The notes under the pieces were generated by a model that was not told the DNA's origin, made no database searches, and saw only the letters and a list, made by a program, of their open reading frames with translations. Below, in pieces: positions 9,609 through 19,488 of a stretch of 64,000 bases of DNA. Made by a program: the position numbers and the translations under genes. Source of the stretch: Nitrosarchaeum sp. (GTDB lineage: Archaea > Thermoproteota > Nitrososphaeria > Nitrososphaerales > Nitrosopumilaceae). The stretch lies in contig OZ245020.1 in assembly GCA_965223865.1 (NCBI GenBank), forward strand, positions 32,001 through 96,000. Direction: 5' to 3'. The stretch's first letter is position 1, and each line of letters begins with the position of its first letter.

Positions 9609-10441
9609 TGCAAATTAGAACACCGGCTGTAGCCGGAATGTTCTATCCAGGAGAAAAAAATGAACTAAAACAATCAATCAGAGATTCATTTTTACATAAA
9701 TTTGGTCCAGGAAAAATCCCCCCATCGGAAATAAAAAAGAGAATTTACGGGGTTATTTGTCCTCATGCTGGTTATATGTATTCAGGACCAATTGCGTGTC
9801 AATCATTTTATGCAATTTCTTCAGACTTGCCAGAATTATTCATCATTATTGGTCCCAATCATTGGGGAATAGGAAGTGATGTGGCGACTATGAAGGATAG
9901 TAAATGGCAAACACCTCTAGGAGAAGTTGAAGTAGATTCGGAAACTGCAGAAGAGATGTCAAAATTGGCTCATGTTATTGAGATAGATAGTTTTTCACAT
10001 TCAAGAGAACACAGTCTAGAAGTTCAAGTTCCAATACTTCAAGAGATATCTTCTAATTTCAAAATAATTCCTATTGTACTTATCAATCAAAACAAAGAAG
10101 TTGCTTTTCAGGTTGGTGAAGCTATGGCAGAAATTGCTAAAAATAAGAAAATTATGATTGTAGGTTCTTCAGATTTTACACATTATGAGCCTAATGAGTT
10201 TGCACATGAACAAGATACTGCCCTAATTGAGCCTATTTTGAAATTAGATGTAGATAGATTTTATGAGGTTTTACAAGAAAGAAATGTAAGTGCTTGTGGA
10301 TATGGTGCAATTGCATCAACTATGATAGCATGTAAAGAGATGGGTGCAACAAAAGGTGAATTACTAAAGTATGCTACAAGTGGAGACATCACAGGAGATA
10401 TAAGTTCTGTTGTAGGATATGGGTCGATTATTTTCACTTGA
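9608..10441 (+). CDS. AmmeMemoRadiSam system protein B (MEMO1 family)
   Basis: RTPAVAGMFYP, PHAGYMYSG, GPNH, EHSLEVQ, SSDFTHY and VVGY motifs. Confidence 0.92.
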   Translation: MQIRTPAVAGMFYPGEKNELKQSIRDSFLHKFGPGKIPPSEIKKRIYGVICPHAGYMYSGPIACQSFYAISSDLPELFIIIGPNHWGIGSDVATMKDSKWQTPLGEVEVDSETAEEMSKLAHVIEIDSFSHSREHSLEVQVPILQEISSNFKIIPIVLINQNKEVAFQVGEAMAEIAKNKKIMIVGSSDFTHYEPNEFAHEQDTALIEPILKLDVDRFYEVLQERNVSACGYGAIASTMIACKEMGATKGELLKYATSGDITGDISSVVGYGSIIFT

Positions 10442-11385
10442 AATCCAAGGCATCTGCACCAGGAAAAGTAATTCTTTTTGGTGAGCATTTTGTGGTTTAT
10501 GGAATAAAAGCGATTTTATGTGCTATTGATAAGCGAATAACAGTAACAGCTGAAAAAAGTCCAGGAAAAAAAATTTCCATCAAATCAAATATTGACGAAG
10601 TAGAATTTCCAATTAATAAGCCAATTACAGAAATAAATTCTCCATTAAAGCCCTTATATTATTTAGCAAATAAGATGATCGAAAAACACGACCAAAAAAT
10701 AGGGATAAAAATTTTTGTAGAATCAGAAATTCCATCGGGTGTTGGATTAGGATCTTCGTCGGCTTGTTGCGTAGCTGGTGCAGCTGCCATTTCAAAATTA
10801 TATGAAGCAACTAGCAAAGAACAAATTTTGGAATTGGCTATTGAAGCTGAAAAAACTATTTTTCAAAATACCTCTGGTGCAGATTGTACTGTTTGTACCT
10901 ATGGCGGATTAATCGAATATGACAAAAAAAATGGTTACTCACAGATTGAATCAAAACCAAGTTTTCATCTAGTTATAGCAAATTCTAACATTGAACATTC
11001 AACAAATAGTGTTGTATCAAATGTTAAAAAATTCAAAGAAAATAATGAAGAAAAATTTTTTGAGTTATGTCAGCAGGAATCAGAATTGATCAATAATGTT
11101 AGGATTAATTTGAAAAATGAGAATTTGGAAGAATTAGGTAAAAGTATGCATGAAAATCAAAAATTTTTAGAAATCATCGGAATATCTAATGAGAAGCTGC
11201 AAGAGATGGTCAAGATAGCAGAAAATACGTCATTTGGGGCAAAAATAACAGGTGCCGGAGGTGGAGGATGTATCATTGCATTAACTGACGAGTCAAATTT
11301 GGAGAAAACAATAATGCATCTAAAGAAGAAAAATCAGGATTGTTTTTCAGTAAAAATTGATTTTAGAGGTCTAGATACTTTTTAA
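10438..11385 (+). CDS. mvk: Mevalonate kinase
   Basis: APGKVILFGEH, PSGVGLGSSSA and GAKITGAGGGG GHMP motifs. Confidence 0.95.
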   Translation: MKSKASAPGKVILFGEHFVVYGIKAILCAIDKRITVTAEKSPGKKISIKSNIDEVEFPINKPITEINSPLKPLYYLANKMIEKHDQKIGIKIFVESEIPSGVGLGSSSACCVAGAAAISKLYEATSKEQILELAIEAEKTIFQNTSGADCTVCTYGGLIEYDKKNGYSQIESKPSFHLVIANSNIEHSTNSVVSNVKKFKENNEEKFFELCQQESELINNVRINLKNENLEELGKSMHENQKFLEIIGISNEKLQEMVKIAENTSFGAKITGAGGGGCIIALTDESNLEKTIMHLKKKNQDCFSVKIDFRGLDTF

Positions 11386-11408
11386 TGGATTGAATATTTG
11401 GGGACAAC

Positions 11409-12160
11409 ATGATTCTAATAAAATTGGGCGGATCAATTATTACAAATAAAGAAAAGCCTCTTACTCCGAGAAAAAAAGTTGTTGAGAAAATTGCAAAAAC
11501 ATAAAAAAAATTAATGAGCCTATAATTATTGTTCATGGGGGAGGATCCTTTGGACATTATTGGTCTGTGAAATATGATATGCATACTATGCCAAAAAAAT
11601 ACAACTTGCGTGGAGTTGCAATAGTTAAAAATTCAATGATTGATCTAAACAAAATAATTTTAGAATCCTTTGTTAAAAATAAATTAAATCCATATTCTCT
11701 TCCTCCAACTGATTTTATGTTAGGAAATAGACCAGATAGAAAGAAGATAAAACAAATAGAATTAATTGCAAAATCAGGATTAATTCCAGTAACATATGGT
11801 GATGCTCTTTGGTATGGAGATAAGAAAACCTACATTTTATCTGGAGATAAAATAATGGCATATTTTGCAAAAATTTTAAAACCAAAATTGATCATTTTTG
11901 CTTTAAATGAAGATGGTCTTTATTCTGATCTTAAAACAAAAAAACTAATTTATGAACTAAATGGAGAAAATCCAAAAATTTCTGAAAACAAAATGGATGT
12001 TACAGGAGGGATGACTAGAAAAGTTGAAGAAGCAACTAAGATTGCCAAAATGGGGATGAATGTATTTTTTGTAAACGGTAATAAGCCGGAAAGAATCGTG
12101 AAAGCGGTTAAAAATAGGAAATATGAAGGCACTTTGTTTAGAGGCAAACGAAATGTCTGA
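11409..12160 (+). pseudogene. ipk: Isopentenyl phosphate kinase, split by a 1-nt frameshift at about 11495-11502 (may be an assembly error)
   Basis: MILIKLGGSIITNK... from 11409 hits TAA at 11502; the -1 frame continues KKINEPIIIVHGGGSFGH...SGD...DVTGGM. Confidence 0.85.
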
Positions 12161-12794
12161 AGAGTTTGTAATTTTAGTTGATGAAAGGGATAATCCTATA
12201 GGTTCGGAGGAGAAAGTAAAATGTCATTTGCCTGATGGAAAGCTCCACCGGGCATTTACCGCTATTTTATTTGATAATAATGGCAGATTAGTTCTCACTA
12301 GAAGAGCTAAAGAAAAGATGCTTTGGCCAGGAGATTGGGATGGAACAGTTGCTAGTCATCCAAGAGAAGGTGAGACATACATATCATCAGCTGAGAGAAG
12401 AATGCCTGAAGAATTAGGAATTCCATGCAAAATGGATTATTTGATGAAGTTTGAGTACCATGTTCCATACAAGAGCATAGGCTCTGAAAATGAGATTTGT
12501 GGCACTTTAATTGGAATTGTTGATGATTCTGCTGAATTTAAAATGGTTAAAGATGAAATTGATGAGATCAAATGGATTTCATCCAAAGAGTTACTCTTGG
12601 AAATTAAAAACAATCCAACAAATTATTGCCCATGGATGTTAATTGCTCTTGTATTCTTGGATAAATCAGAAAAAACAATTCTTGAAAAATATCAAAAGGT
12701 GCTATCACTGTGGATTAATGAAGATATGAAAAAAGAGTTACTACAAGCCATTAATGTTCATCTTACTGAGGATAAATGGAGACTGGTAGAATGA
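12153..12794 (+). CDS. idi: Isopentenyl-diphosphate delta-isomerase, type 1 (Nudix fold)
   Basis: VILVDE, KCH, LHRAF, WPG.W...ASHP and ENEIC motifs; position between ipk and GGPP synthase. Confidence 0.9.
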   Translation: MSEEFVILVDERDNPIGSEEKVKCHLPDGKLHRAFTAILFDNNGRLVLTRRAKEKMLWPGDWDGTVASHPREGETYISSAERRMPEELGIPCKMDYLMKFEYHVPYKSIGSENEICGTLIGIVDDSAEFKMVKDEIDEIKWISSKELLLEIKNNPTNYCPWMLIALVFLDKSEKTILEKYQKVLSLWINEDMKKELLQAINVHLTEDKWRLVE

Positions 12795-13771
12795 AAAAAA
12801 CAAAGTCTATGGAAAAAAATGCCAACATAGTTAATCGTTATTTAAATCACAAATTAAAAGGAAATCCTAAAATGCTCTATGACGCGGCAGGTCATCTGAT
12901 AATCCACGGAGGAAAAAGATTACGACCATACATGGTAATGAAGAGTTGTCAACTTTTAGGTGGGAAAACCACAAAGGCAATGCCTGCTGCAAGTGCGGTT
13001 GAGATGATACATAATTTTACATTAGTTCACGATGACATAATGGATAATGATGAAATGAGACACGGTGTTCCCACAGTTCATAAAAAATATGGAATACCAA
13101 TTGCCATTCTTGCAGGAGATGTACTTTTTTCAAAGGCATACCAGGTGATTTCAGACTCTAAATTATCAGGTGATGCAGTAACACAATTAATTTCTAGATT
13201 AGCAAAAGCTTGTGTTGATGTTTGTGAGGGACAACTGCTAGATATTAGAATGGCAGAACAGAAAAAAATTCCATCTCAATCTGAATATATTACAATGATT
13301 GGCAAAAAAACTGCTGCGCTCTTTGACGTATCTTGTGCGATGGGAGCAATATGTGCAACAAATAAAAGTAAAGATATAGAAAATCTTTCTGCTTTTGGGA
13401 GAAACTTAGGAATTGCGTTTCAGATTACAGATGATCTGATTGGAGTTATGGGAGATCCTAAGTTAACTAAAAAGCCCGTAGGAAATGATCTTAGAGAAGG
13501 AAAGAAATCATTGCCAATTCTCATGGCAATTAAATTATCTAAAGGACAGGATAAAAGGATAATTTTGAAATCCTTTGGAAATACAAGGGCAACTAAAAAA
13601 GACCTAAAAAAGGCAGTAGATGCCATTCGTAAGGTTGGAATTGAAGAAAATGTCAGAAAACAGGCCCTAAAATATGCCGAAAAAGCAGAAAAAGCCCTTT
13701 TGTGTTATTCTGGTCCTTCCAAAAAAGAACTTGAGGCATTGTTAGATTTTGTTGTAAAAAGGAGTTTGTAA
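12791..13771 (+). CDS. Geranylgeranyl diphosphate synthase (short-chain polyprenyl synthase)
   Basis: GGKRLRP, FTLVHDDIMD (Phe at -5 of the FARM), KTA, FQITDD and DLREGK motifs. Confidence 0.92.
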   Translation: MKKTKSMEKNANIVNRYLNHKLKGNPKMLYDAAGHLIIHGGKRLRPYMVMKSCQLLGGKTTKAMPAASAVEMIHNFTLVHDDIMDNDEMRHGVPTVHKKYGIPIAILAGDVLFSKAYQVISDSKLSGDAVTQLISRLAKACVDVCEGQLLDIRMAEQKKIPSQSEYITMIGKKTAALFDVSCAMGAICATNKSKDIENLSAFGRNLGIAFQITDDLIGVMGDPKLTKKPVGNDLREGKKSLPILMAIKLSKGQDKRIILKSFGNTRATKKDLKKAVDAIRKVGIEENVRKQALKYAEKAEKALLCYSGPSKKELEALLDFVVKRSL

Positions 13772-13772
13772 T

Positions 13773-15482
13773 TTGGATGAAGAACTAGCAAAAGAGATTA
13801 GAAAAATAGCATTACAAAATGCATTTGAACATGAAGGAAAGACTGAAGATAAAATAATTTTAGCCAAGATTCTTGGAACAAGACCAGAATATAGAACAAA
13901 AGTAAAGGAAATATTTGGAGATATTTCTCAAATTGTATCTTCCGTAAATCAATTGTCATTTGATGAGCAAAAAAAAGAAATTGATCAGGAGTTTCCAGAT
14001 ATTTTAATCCCAAAAGAAAAGGTTGAGGAAAGAGAAGGGTTACCACCACTAGACAATGCCGAACAAGGAAAAGTTGTTACTAGATTCCCACCTGAACCCA
14101 ATGGATATCCACACATAGGCCATGCCAAAGCTGCAATCATTAATGCAGAATATGCAAAAATGTATGGTGGTAAATGTATTCTCAGATTAGATGATACAAA
14201 TCCTGAAGCAGAAAGAATGGAATATCATGCTGCTATCAAGGTAGGATTGGATTGGTTAGGAATTGAATTTGACAGTATAAAAAATACATCAGAAGATATG
14301 GAATTGTTTTATGAAAAAGGAATGTTGTTAATCGATTCTGGAAAAGCCTATGTTTGTACTTGTAAAAGAGATGACATTAGTAAAAACAGAAGAGAAAGAA
14401 AAGCTTGCAAATGCAGCATGGGTGATATTACCAAGAGCAACAAAGGCTGGAAAAAAATGTTTGAGAAATACAAACCAGGTGAAGCCATTGTAAGATTCCG
14501 AGGAGATATGAAGGCAGATAATGCAGTTATGAGAGATCCTGTGTTGTTCAGAATCATAGATGAAAAACACTATACTCAAGGAGAAAAATACAGAGTATGG
14601 CCAAGTTATGATTTTGCAGTTGCAATAGAAGATAGTATCGATGGAATTACACACGCTTTTCGTTCTAAAGAATTTGAGTTAAGAAAAGAGCTGATTGAGG
14701 CAATTTTAGATAGTCTGAGTATGCGAAAACCCCATCAAGGATTCTTTTCTAGACTTGAATTCAAAGGAATGCCAATATCAAAGAGAATTCTGAAACCCTT
14801 GATAGAAGAAGGAAAAGTTTCCTGGTATGACGATCCACGTCTCCCAACCCTGGAAGCATTAAGAAGAAGAGGGATTAAACCAGAGGCGATAAAAAAATTT
14901 GTGTTGTCTCTTGGTATGACTAAAGCAAATACTCTTGCACCATTTGATGCTTTAGAGGCATTTAATAGAAAATTAGTTGATGCAGATAGTATCAGATTAT
15001 TTATGGTTGTCAAACCAGAAAAACTGATTGTAAAGAAATTACCTTTTTCATTTATTGAAATTCCCAATCATCCAATCAAAGATAAAGGTAAAAGAAAAAT
15101 TGAGATTGATCAAAAATTCTTAATTTCTGGTGACGATGCAAAAAACATACAAGAAAACACTCAGATTAGATTACTAGGATTAGGAAATGTAAAGATTTCA
15201 AAATTAGATGGTGAAATTCAAGGAGAATTTATTGGGGATGGAGATGCTTCAAATATTCCAAAGATTCAATGGGTTACTGAAAAAAATTTTCATGAGATCA
15301 AATTATTGATTCCAAAACAATTGTTTATAGAAGAAGAATTTAATGAGGATAGTTTAGAGGAGTTAGTGGTTTATACAGAGCCTCATTATTTACAAGTAAA
15401 AGAAGGAGAAGAGATTCAATTTGTTAGATTTGGATATTGTAGAAAAGATTCACAAAATCAAGCAATTTTTACACACAAATAA
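13773..15482 (+). CDS. gltX: Glutamate--tRNA ligase (archaeal)
   Basis: TRFPPEPNGYPHIGH, RLDDTNP, ISKR and QFVRFGY motifs. Confidence 0.97.
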   Translation: MDEELAKEIRKIALQNAFEHEGKTEDKIILAKILGTRPEYRTKVKEIFGDISQIVSSVNQLSFDEQKKEIDQEFPDILIPKEKVEEREGLPPLDNAEQGKVVTRFPPEPNGYPHIGHAKAAIINAEYAKMYGGKCILRLDDTNPEAERMEYHAAIKVGLDWLGIEFDSIKNTSEDMELFYEKGMLLIDSGKAYVCTCKRDDISKNRRERKACKCSMGDITKSNKGWKKMFEKYKPGEAIVRFRGDMKADNAVMRDPVLFRIIDEKHYTQGEKYRVWPSYDFAVAIEDSIDGITHAFRSKEFELRKELIEAILDSLSMRKPHQGFFSRLEFKGMPISKRILKPLIEEGKVSWYDDPRLPTLEALRRRGIKPEAIKKFVLSLGMTKANTLAPFDALEAFNRKLVDADSIRLFMVVKPEKLIVKKLPFSFIEIPNHPIKDKGKRKIEIDQKFLISGDDAKNIQENTQIRLLGLGNVKISKLDGEIQGEFIGDGDASNIPKIQWVTEKNFHEIKLLIPKQLFIEEEFNEDSLEELVVYTEPHYLQVKEGEEIQFVRFGYCRKDSQNQAIFTHK

Positions 15483-15491
15483 GTGAGCGTT

Positions 15492-16361
15492 ATGAAAATA
15501 GCACGATTACAATATGAAAATACTGAAACTTATGGTTTAGTAAAAGGGAGTAAGATTGCAACCAAAGATGAAATTACATATCAAACAGGAGTTCCAATTC
15601 CACAAAGTGTTAAAGATTTTCTTTTTGATGGATGGTTTCAAGAAGTAGAAGACAAATTAGATGATTTGCCATACGGTGAAGATATCTCAAAATTTAAACT
15701 GCTCAGTCCCATTCCAAACCCAAACAAGATCATATGTCTTGCTTTCAACTATACAGATCATGCTGAAGAACAAGGACTAAAAGCACCTGAAGATCCTGCC
15801 ATAGTAATTAAGCCAAGAACCGCATTAAATTCCACAGATGCATATATCATCTGCCCAGACTTTGTAACTCAATTGGACTACGAAGTAGAATTAGCTATGA
15901 TTATTGGTAAGAATTGCAAGAATATTTCTGAAGAAGAGGCAAAAGAAGCAATATTTGGTTACATGGTATTCAATGATGTTTCAGCCAGAGACATACAATT
16001 CAAAGACAAACAATTCACAAGAGGAAAGAGTTTTGATACCTTTGCTCCATGTGGGCCATGGATTACAACTGCTGACGAAATAGAAGATCCACAAAATCTT
16101 AAGCTTTCAACAAAAATCAATGGGGAAATACGTCAAAACTCCTCTACCAGTAAAATGTTTATAAAAATTCCAGAAATTGTTTCAAAAATAAGTAAAATAA
16201 TGACACTGGAAAAAGGAGACATTATTTCAACTGGAACTCCAGCTGGAGTAATGTTAAACAAACCAAATGCAGTTTTTCTCAAAGATGGAGACAAGGTAGA
16301 AATGGAAATTGAGAATGTGGGAATTTTAAGAAATACAATAAAATTTGTAAAAAGCATCTAA
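15492..16361 (+). CDS. Fumarylacetoacetate hydrolase family protein
   Basis: NYTDH, DYEVELA, NDVSARD, GKSFDTF and GDIISTGTP motifs. Confidence 0.92.
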   Translation: MKIARLQYENTETYGLVKGSKIATKDEITYQTGVPIPQSVKDFLFDGWFQEVEDKLDDLPYGEDISKFKLLSPIPNPNKIICLAFNYTDHAEEQGLKAPEDPAIVIKPRTALNSTDAYIICPDFVTQLDYEVELAMIIGKNCKNISEEEAKEAIFGYMVFNDVSARDIQFKDKQFTRGKSFDTFAPCGPWITTADEIEDPQNLKLSTKINGEIRQNSSTSKMFIKIPEIVSKISKIMTLEKGDIISTGTPAGVMLNKPNAVFLKDGDKVEMEIENVGILRNTIKFVKSI

Positions 16362-17137
16362 TCTAAAGATTTTAGCATGAGATGAAAAGAAATTCGATAT
16401 TCTAAATTTCTAAGTTCGGGTAAAATTTCTTTTGTTAAAATTTGTATTCTGGTATAATTATGTTTAAAACCAAAATTTTGTAAATAAGAAAGCAAATCAA
16501 GAGTATTTTCTTTAGAACCTACATGTAAGGTTACAATCAATGTGTTGTCAAAATGTTCAGAATCTGTTAAAATTGCAAAAGAAGCATCATTAGATTTGTC
16601 TGAGTAAATTATTCTCTTTTCATTTGCCAAGTATTCTAAAATTTTATTATTTAATGGTAACCATCTCCAAGATTTCACATAGTAAGAAAAAGGAATATTT
16701 TTTAAAATATTGCCAAATTTAACAATCGATTTTTTTGTTAATTTAGAAGTTAGAGAATAAAACTTCCAAGTTTCTACAATTTTATAATTTAGATTTCTTG
16801 CCATTGATAAAGACAAAGAATTTTCTGCATCAATCAACATTAATGCAAATCGAACATTATTTATTTTTGCAATAGACTCTGCATGAGTTACTAGTTTCGA
16901 TGCTAAACCTTGTCTTCTAAAAGAATTTTTAATTCTGATTCCTTCAATCCAAACTTGATTGTTTGAAAAAAAAGCATGATAAAGGCCAACTGGAATTTCT
17001 TTTTCAATAACATACAAATTTTTTTCTTTAATCCAATAATCCCAAACATCTTTGATATAATCTCCCCATGAGAAAGTATTTTTGCAAAAATCTAAAACTA
17101 AATTCTTATCAGTTGGTTTAGCTTCTCTTATTTTCAT
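16358..17137 (-). CDS. GNAT-family N-acetyltransferase
   Basis: MKIREA start and WIEGIRI...FRRQGLA motif A. Confidence 0.85.
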   Translation of the reverse strand: MKIREAKPTDKNLVLDFCKNTFSWGDYIKDVWDYWIKEKNLYVIEKEIPVGLYHAFFSNNQVWIEGIRIKNSFRRQGLASKLVTHAESIAKINNVRFALMLIDAENSLSLSMARNLNYKIVETWKFYSLTSKLTKKSIVKFGNILKNIPFSYYVKSWRWLPLNNKILEYLANEKRIIYSDKSNDASFAILTDSEHFDNTLIVTLHVGSKENTLDLLSYLQNFGFKHNYTRIQILTKEILPELRNLEYRISFHLMLKSLD

Positions 17138-17186
17138 TCTGTGATATACGAAAAAATATTAAGAATAAAAGGTTAAAAAAATCATT

Positions 17187-17495
17187 ATGGGAAAAATTAT
17201 TGTAGGAAAAACTTCTGACATTAAACCTGGAGAAATGATCAAAGTTTCAGTTGATGGAAGGGATGTTTTGGTGGCAAATATTGATGGAGAATATTGTGCA
17301 ACTGATGATACGTGTACCCATTCTGGTGCAAGCCTTTCTGAGGGTAAATTAGAGGAGAATGTTGTTACTTGTGGATGGCATTCAGCACAATTTGATTGTA
17401 AAACAGGAAAATTGGTAAAATTTCCTGCAAAAATACGGAATTTGACATCATACAAGGTTAGCGTAGAGTTGGATAATGTCTTTGTAGAGGTGTAA
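17187..17495 (+). CDS. Rieske-type [2Fe-2S] ferredoxin
   Basis: CTH...CGWH Rieske ligands. Confidence 0.93.
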   Translation: MGKIIVGKTSDIKPGEMIKVSVDGRDVLVANIDGEYCATDDTCTHSGASLSEGKLEENVVTCGWHSAQFDCKTGKLVKFPAKIRNLTSYKVSVELDNVFVEV

Positions 17496-17531
17496 CCTTA
17501 TAATCCGTATTTGAATTAGAGGTTGTAAGAA

Positions 17532-17801
17532 ATGGCAGATGAAAAACAAAACAAGGAATCAATGAAAGAAGCTATTGAGACATTGAATCAAATTGCATCG
17601 AATAACTCGACACCTAAAACCATAAAAAAATCAATCACGGATTTAATAGCAGATTTGAATAATGAGGAATACTCGTTATCAGTTAGAGCTGCAAACACTA
17701 TAAGTTTGTTAGATGATGTAACCCAAGATCCCAATATGCCGTCATATGTAAGAACTCAGCTATGGCAAGCAGTCTCGAAACTTGAAAGCATAAGAGAATA
17801 A
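17532..17801 (+). CDS. UPF0147 family archaeal protein
   Basis: TPKTIKK...RAANTISLLDDVTQDPNMPSYVRT pattern. Confidence 0.88.
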   Translation: MADEKQNKESMKEAIETLNQIASNNSTPKTIKKSITDLIADLNNEEYSLSVRAANTISLLDDVTQDPNMPSYVRTQLWQAVSKLESIRE

Positions 17802-17826
17802 ATCAGCTATTATTTTAATTCCAATA

Positions 17827-18585
17827 TTGAAATTAGAAGAATATCTAAGATCACTTCCTGAAAATATTGTTAGCGGAGAAGATGTTCAGCTTCCTGACAA
17901 GTCATTTAAAGATATTTTTGATTTTGTAGATTTGGGCGAAACGGATGTTTTTTATCATTTAGGATGTGGAGATGGCAAAGGAATCAAAATTGCATTAGAA
18001 GAGTACAATGTAAAAAAAGCAGTAGGAATAGACATTGAGGAATCAAAGATCAGATATGCCGAAAATAGTTTAATTGAACGAAATCTTTCAGGAGATTTAA
18101 TTTGTGAAGATATTCAAAAAGCAAACATTTCAGATGCAACTGTGATTCTTTTCTGGTTTACCAATGAAAAAATAATCAAGAACATGATGGAGAGATTTAA
18201 GAAATTAAATCCTAAGACAAAAATTATTACAATTTGGGGACCATTACCCGGATGCTTGCCTGAAAGAGTAAAATTTCCATATATCATAAACAAAGTTCCC
18301 TTCAAAAAAGCAAATAGTTTACAAGAACAGATATTAGCAGTTTTTGGAGTAAAATGCATAGATTTTGTAACAGCTTGGGAATTTGCTGAAAGATACACAA
18401 AAGCAATAGGATCCGGTGTAGAAAATGACAGATTTTTAACAATAATTCAAACTTTGACAATATGGATCAATGCAAAAAATCTTGGAGTTTCTTGCGGCGA
18501 TGAGATTCCTGAATCAATTCAGACATATATCAACATAATGAAGACACATTTTGATATTGATTTTGGGTATCTTTTGAAAGAATAA
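17827..18585 (+). CDS. Class I SAM-dependent methyltransferase (DOT1/aKMT-like) with a C-terminal helical extension
   Basis: VFYHLGCGDG motif I, AVGID and ISDATV. Confidence 0.75.
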   Translation: MKLEEYLRSLPENIVSGEDVQLPDKSFKDIFDFVDLGETDVFYHLGCGDGKGIKIALEEYNVKKAVGIDIEESKIRYAENSLIERNLSGDLICEDIQKANISDATVILFWFTNEKIIKNMMERFKKLNPKTKIITIWGPLPGCLPERVKFPYIINKVPFKKANSLQEQILAVFGVKCIDFVTAWEFAERYTKAIGSGVENDRFLTIIQTLTIWINAKNLGVSCGDEIPESIQTYINIMKTHFDIDFGYLLKE

Positions 18586-18627
18586 TTTTTGTGCAATCCT
18601 TTTATTTTGTTAACACTCAGATTATTT

Positions 18628-18975
18628 ATGGAAGGTAGAATTCATATCAATGCATCTGCCATTGATTATGATAAAACAAGTAAGGCAATTTCTAGACAAT
18701 TATCACTTTTAGAAGAAATGGTCCACAGTCAGGATGATTTTGCAATGACAGATTCAGAATTTGCATTTGGGTGGCATTTTTTTGTGATAAGTGTTAATCG
18801 CTCACTTGTAGAAAAACTAGTTGATCAGATGGGTGCTGATTTTGACAGATTAAAAGGTAAAAGTACTGAAAAGAAATTCATTACATGGTTAACCAAAAAT
18901 ATTGAGGGACAAAGTCCCAGATTCAAACTTGCAATTAAAGAAGAAATGGAATCAAGCAAGTATGGTGTTTTCTAA
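18628..18975 (+). CDS. Hypothetical protein
   Basis: Clean ORF; likely start MEGRIH at 18628, with TTTTATTTT about 25 nt upstream. Confidence 0.7.
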   Translation: MEGRIHINASAIDYDKTSKAISRQLSLLEEMVHSQDDFAMTDSEFAFGWHFFVISVNRSLVEKLVDQMGADFDRLKGKSTEKKFITWLTKNIEGQSPRFKLAIKEEMESSKYGVF

Positions 18976-19148
18976 TCAATAGTACCTGTGTAACCATTTC
19001 TGTATCATATTTTGTAATTATTATGTGATTTTCAGAAGGAAGATTACCTTTGCATGTGTATGTTTTGGAGTTTCTTATCATAGTCAAGTAATTGGAATTC
19101 TTGCATCGCTCAGATTACACATATGAGGACATTTACCAATTATGGGTA

Positions 19149-19221
19149 GGCCCTCGAGGAGAATCGAACCCCTGTCCGGGGATCCACAGTCCCCTATACT
19201 AGCCACTGTACTACGAGGGCC
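19149..19221 (-). tRNA. tRNA-His(GTG) with genomically encoded G-1
   Basis: GGGGA-CT GTG GA-TCCCC anticodon arm; G-GCCCTCG/CGAGGGC-C acceptor. Confidence 0.95.
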
Positions 19222-19318
19222 ACGAGAATAAAAAACTGTTAAACCAGTAATAATCTTTGATTTTATATTAATGAAAATTAGCCTCTAGATTTATTATTAA
19301 GCAGTTTAGATTTTAGTT

Positions 19319-19399
19319 ATGAGAGCTTGGTGGATAGCTATGGCAATAGCAATAGGCGTTACGTGGGTAGGCGCAAATTACTTGTTACCATGGATGTAA
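19319..19399 (+). CDS. 26-aa single-TM microprotein, not in the ORF track
   Basis: MRAWWIAMAIAIGVTWVGANYLLPWM*; TATA-like TTATTATTAAG at 19291-19301; more GC-rich than its flanks. Confidence 0.55.
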   Translation: MRAWWIAMAIAIGVTWVGANYLLPWM

Positions 19400-19488
19400 G
19401 CATAAACAAATAGTTTTGAAATTATTCTAGGGTTTGTTGCAAAAATTAGCGATCGCTTTAAATTTGTTGTATAAGCCTAATTGGCATC

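Noticed and set aside
11469-11485. A_AAA_AAA slippery heptamer as a programmed -1 frameshift site for ipk
   Set aside because: A -1 shift there meets TGA two codons later
18976-19145. Short minus-strand frames (CPHMC..., YTCK...) downstream of tRNA-His
   Set aside because: No single frame with a convincing start, promoter and motif; no integrase or att-like duplication of the tRNA end seen
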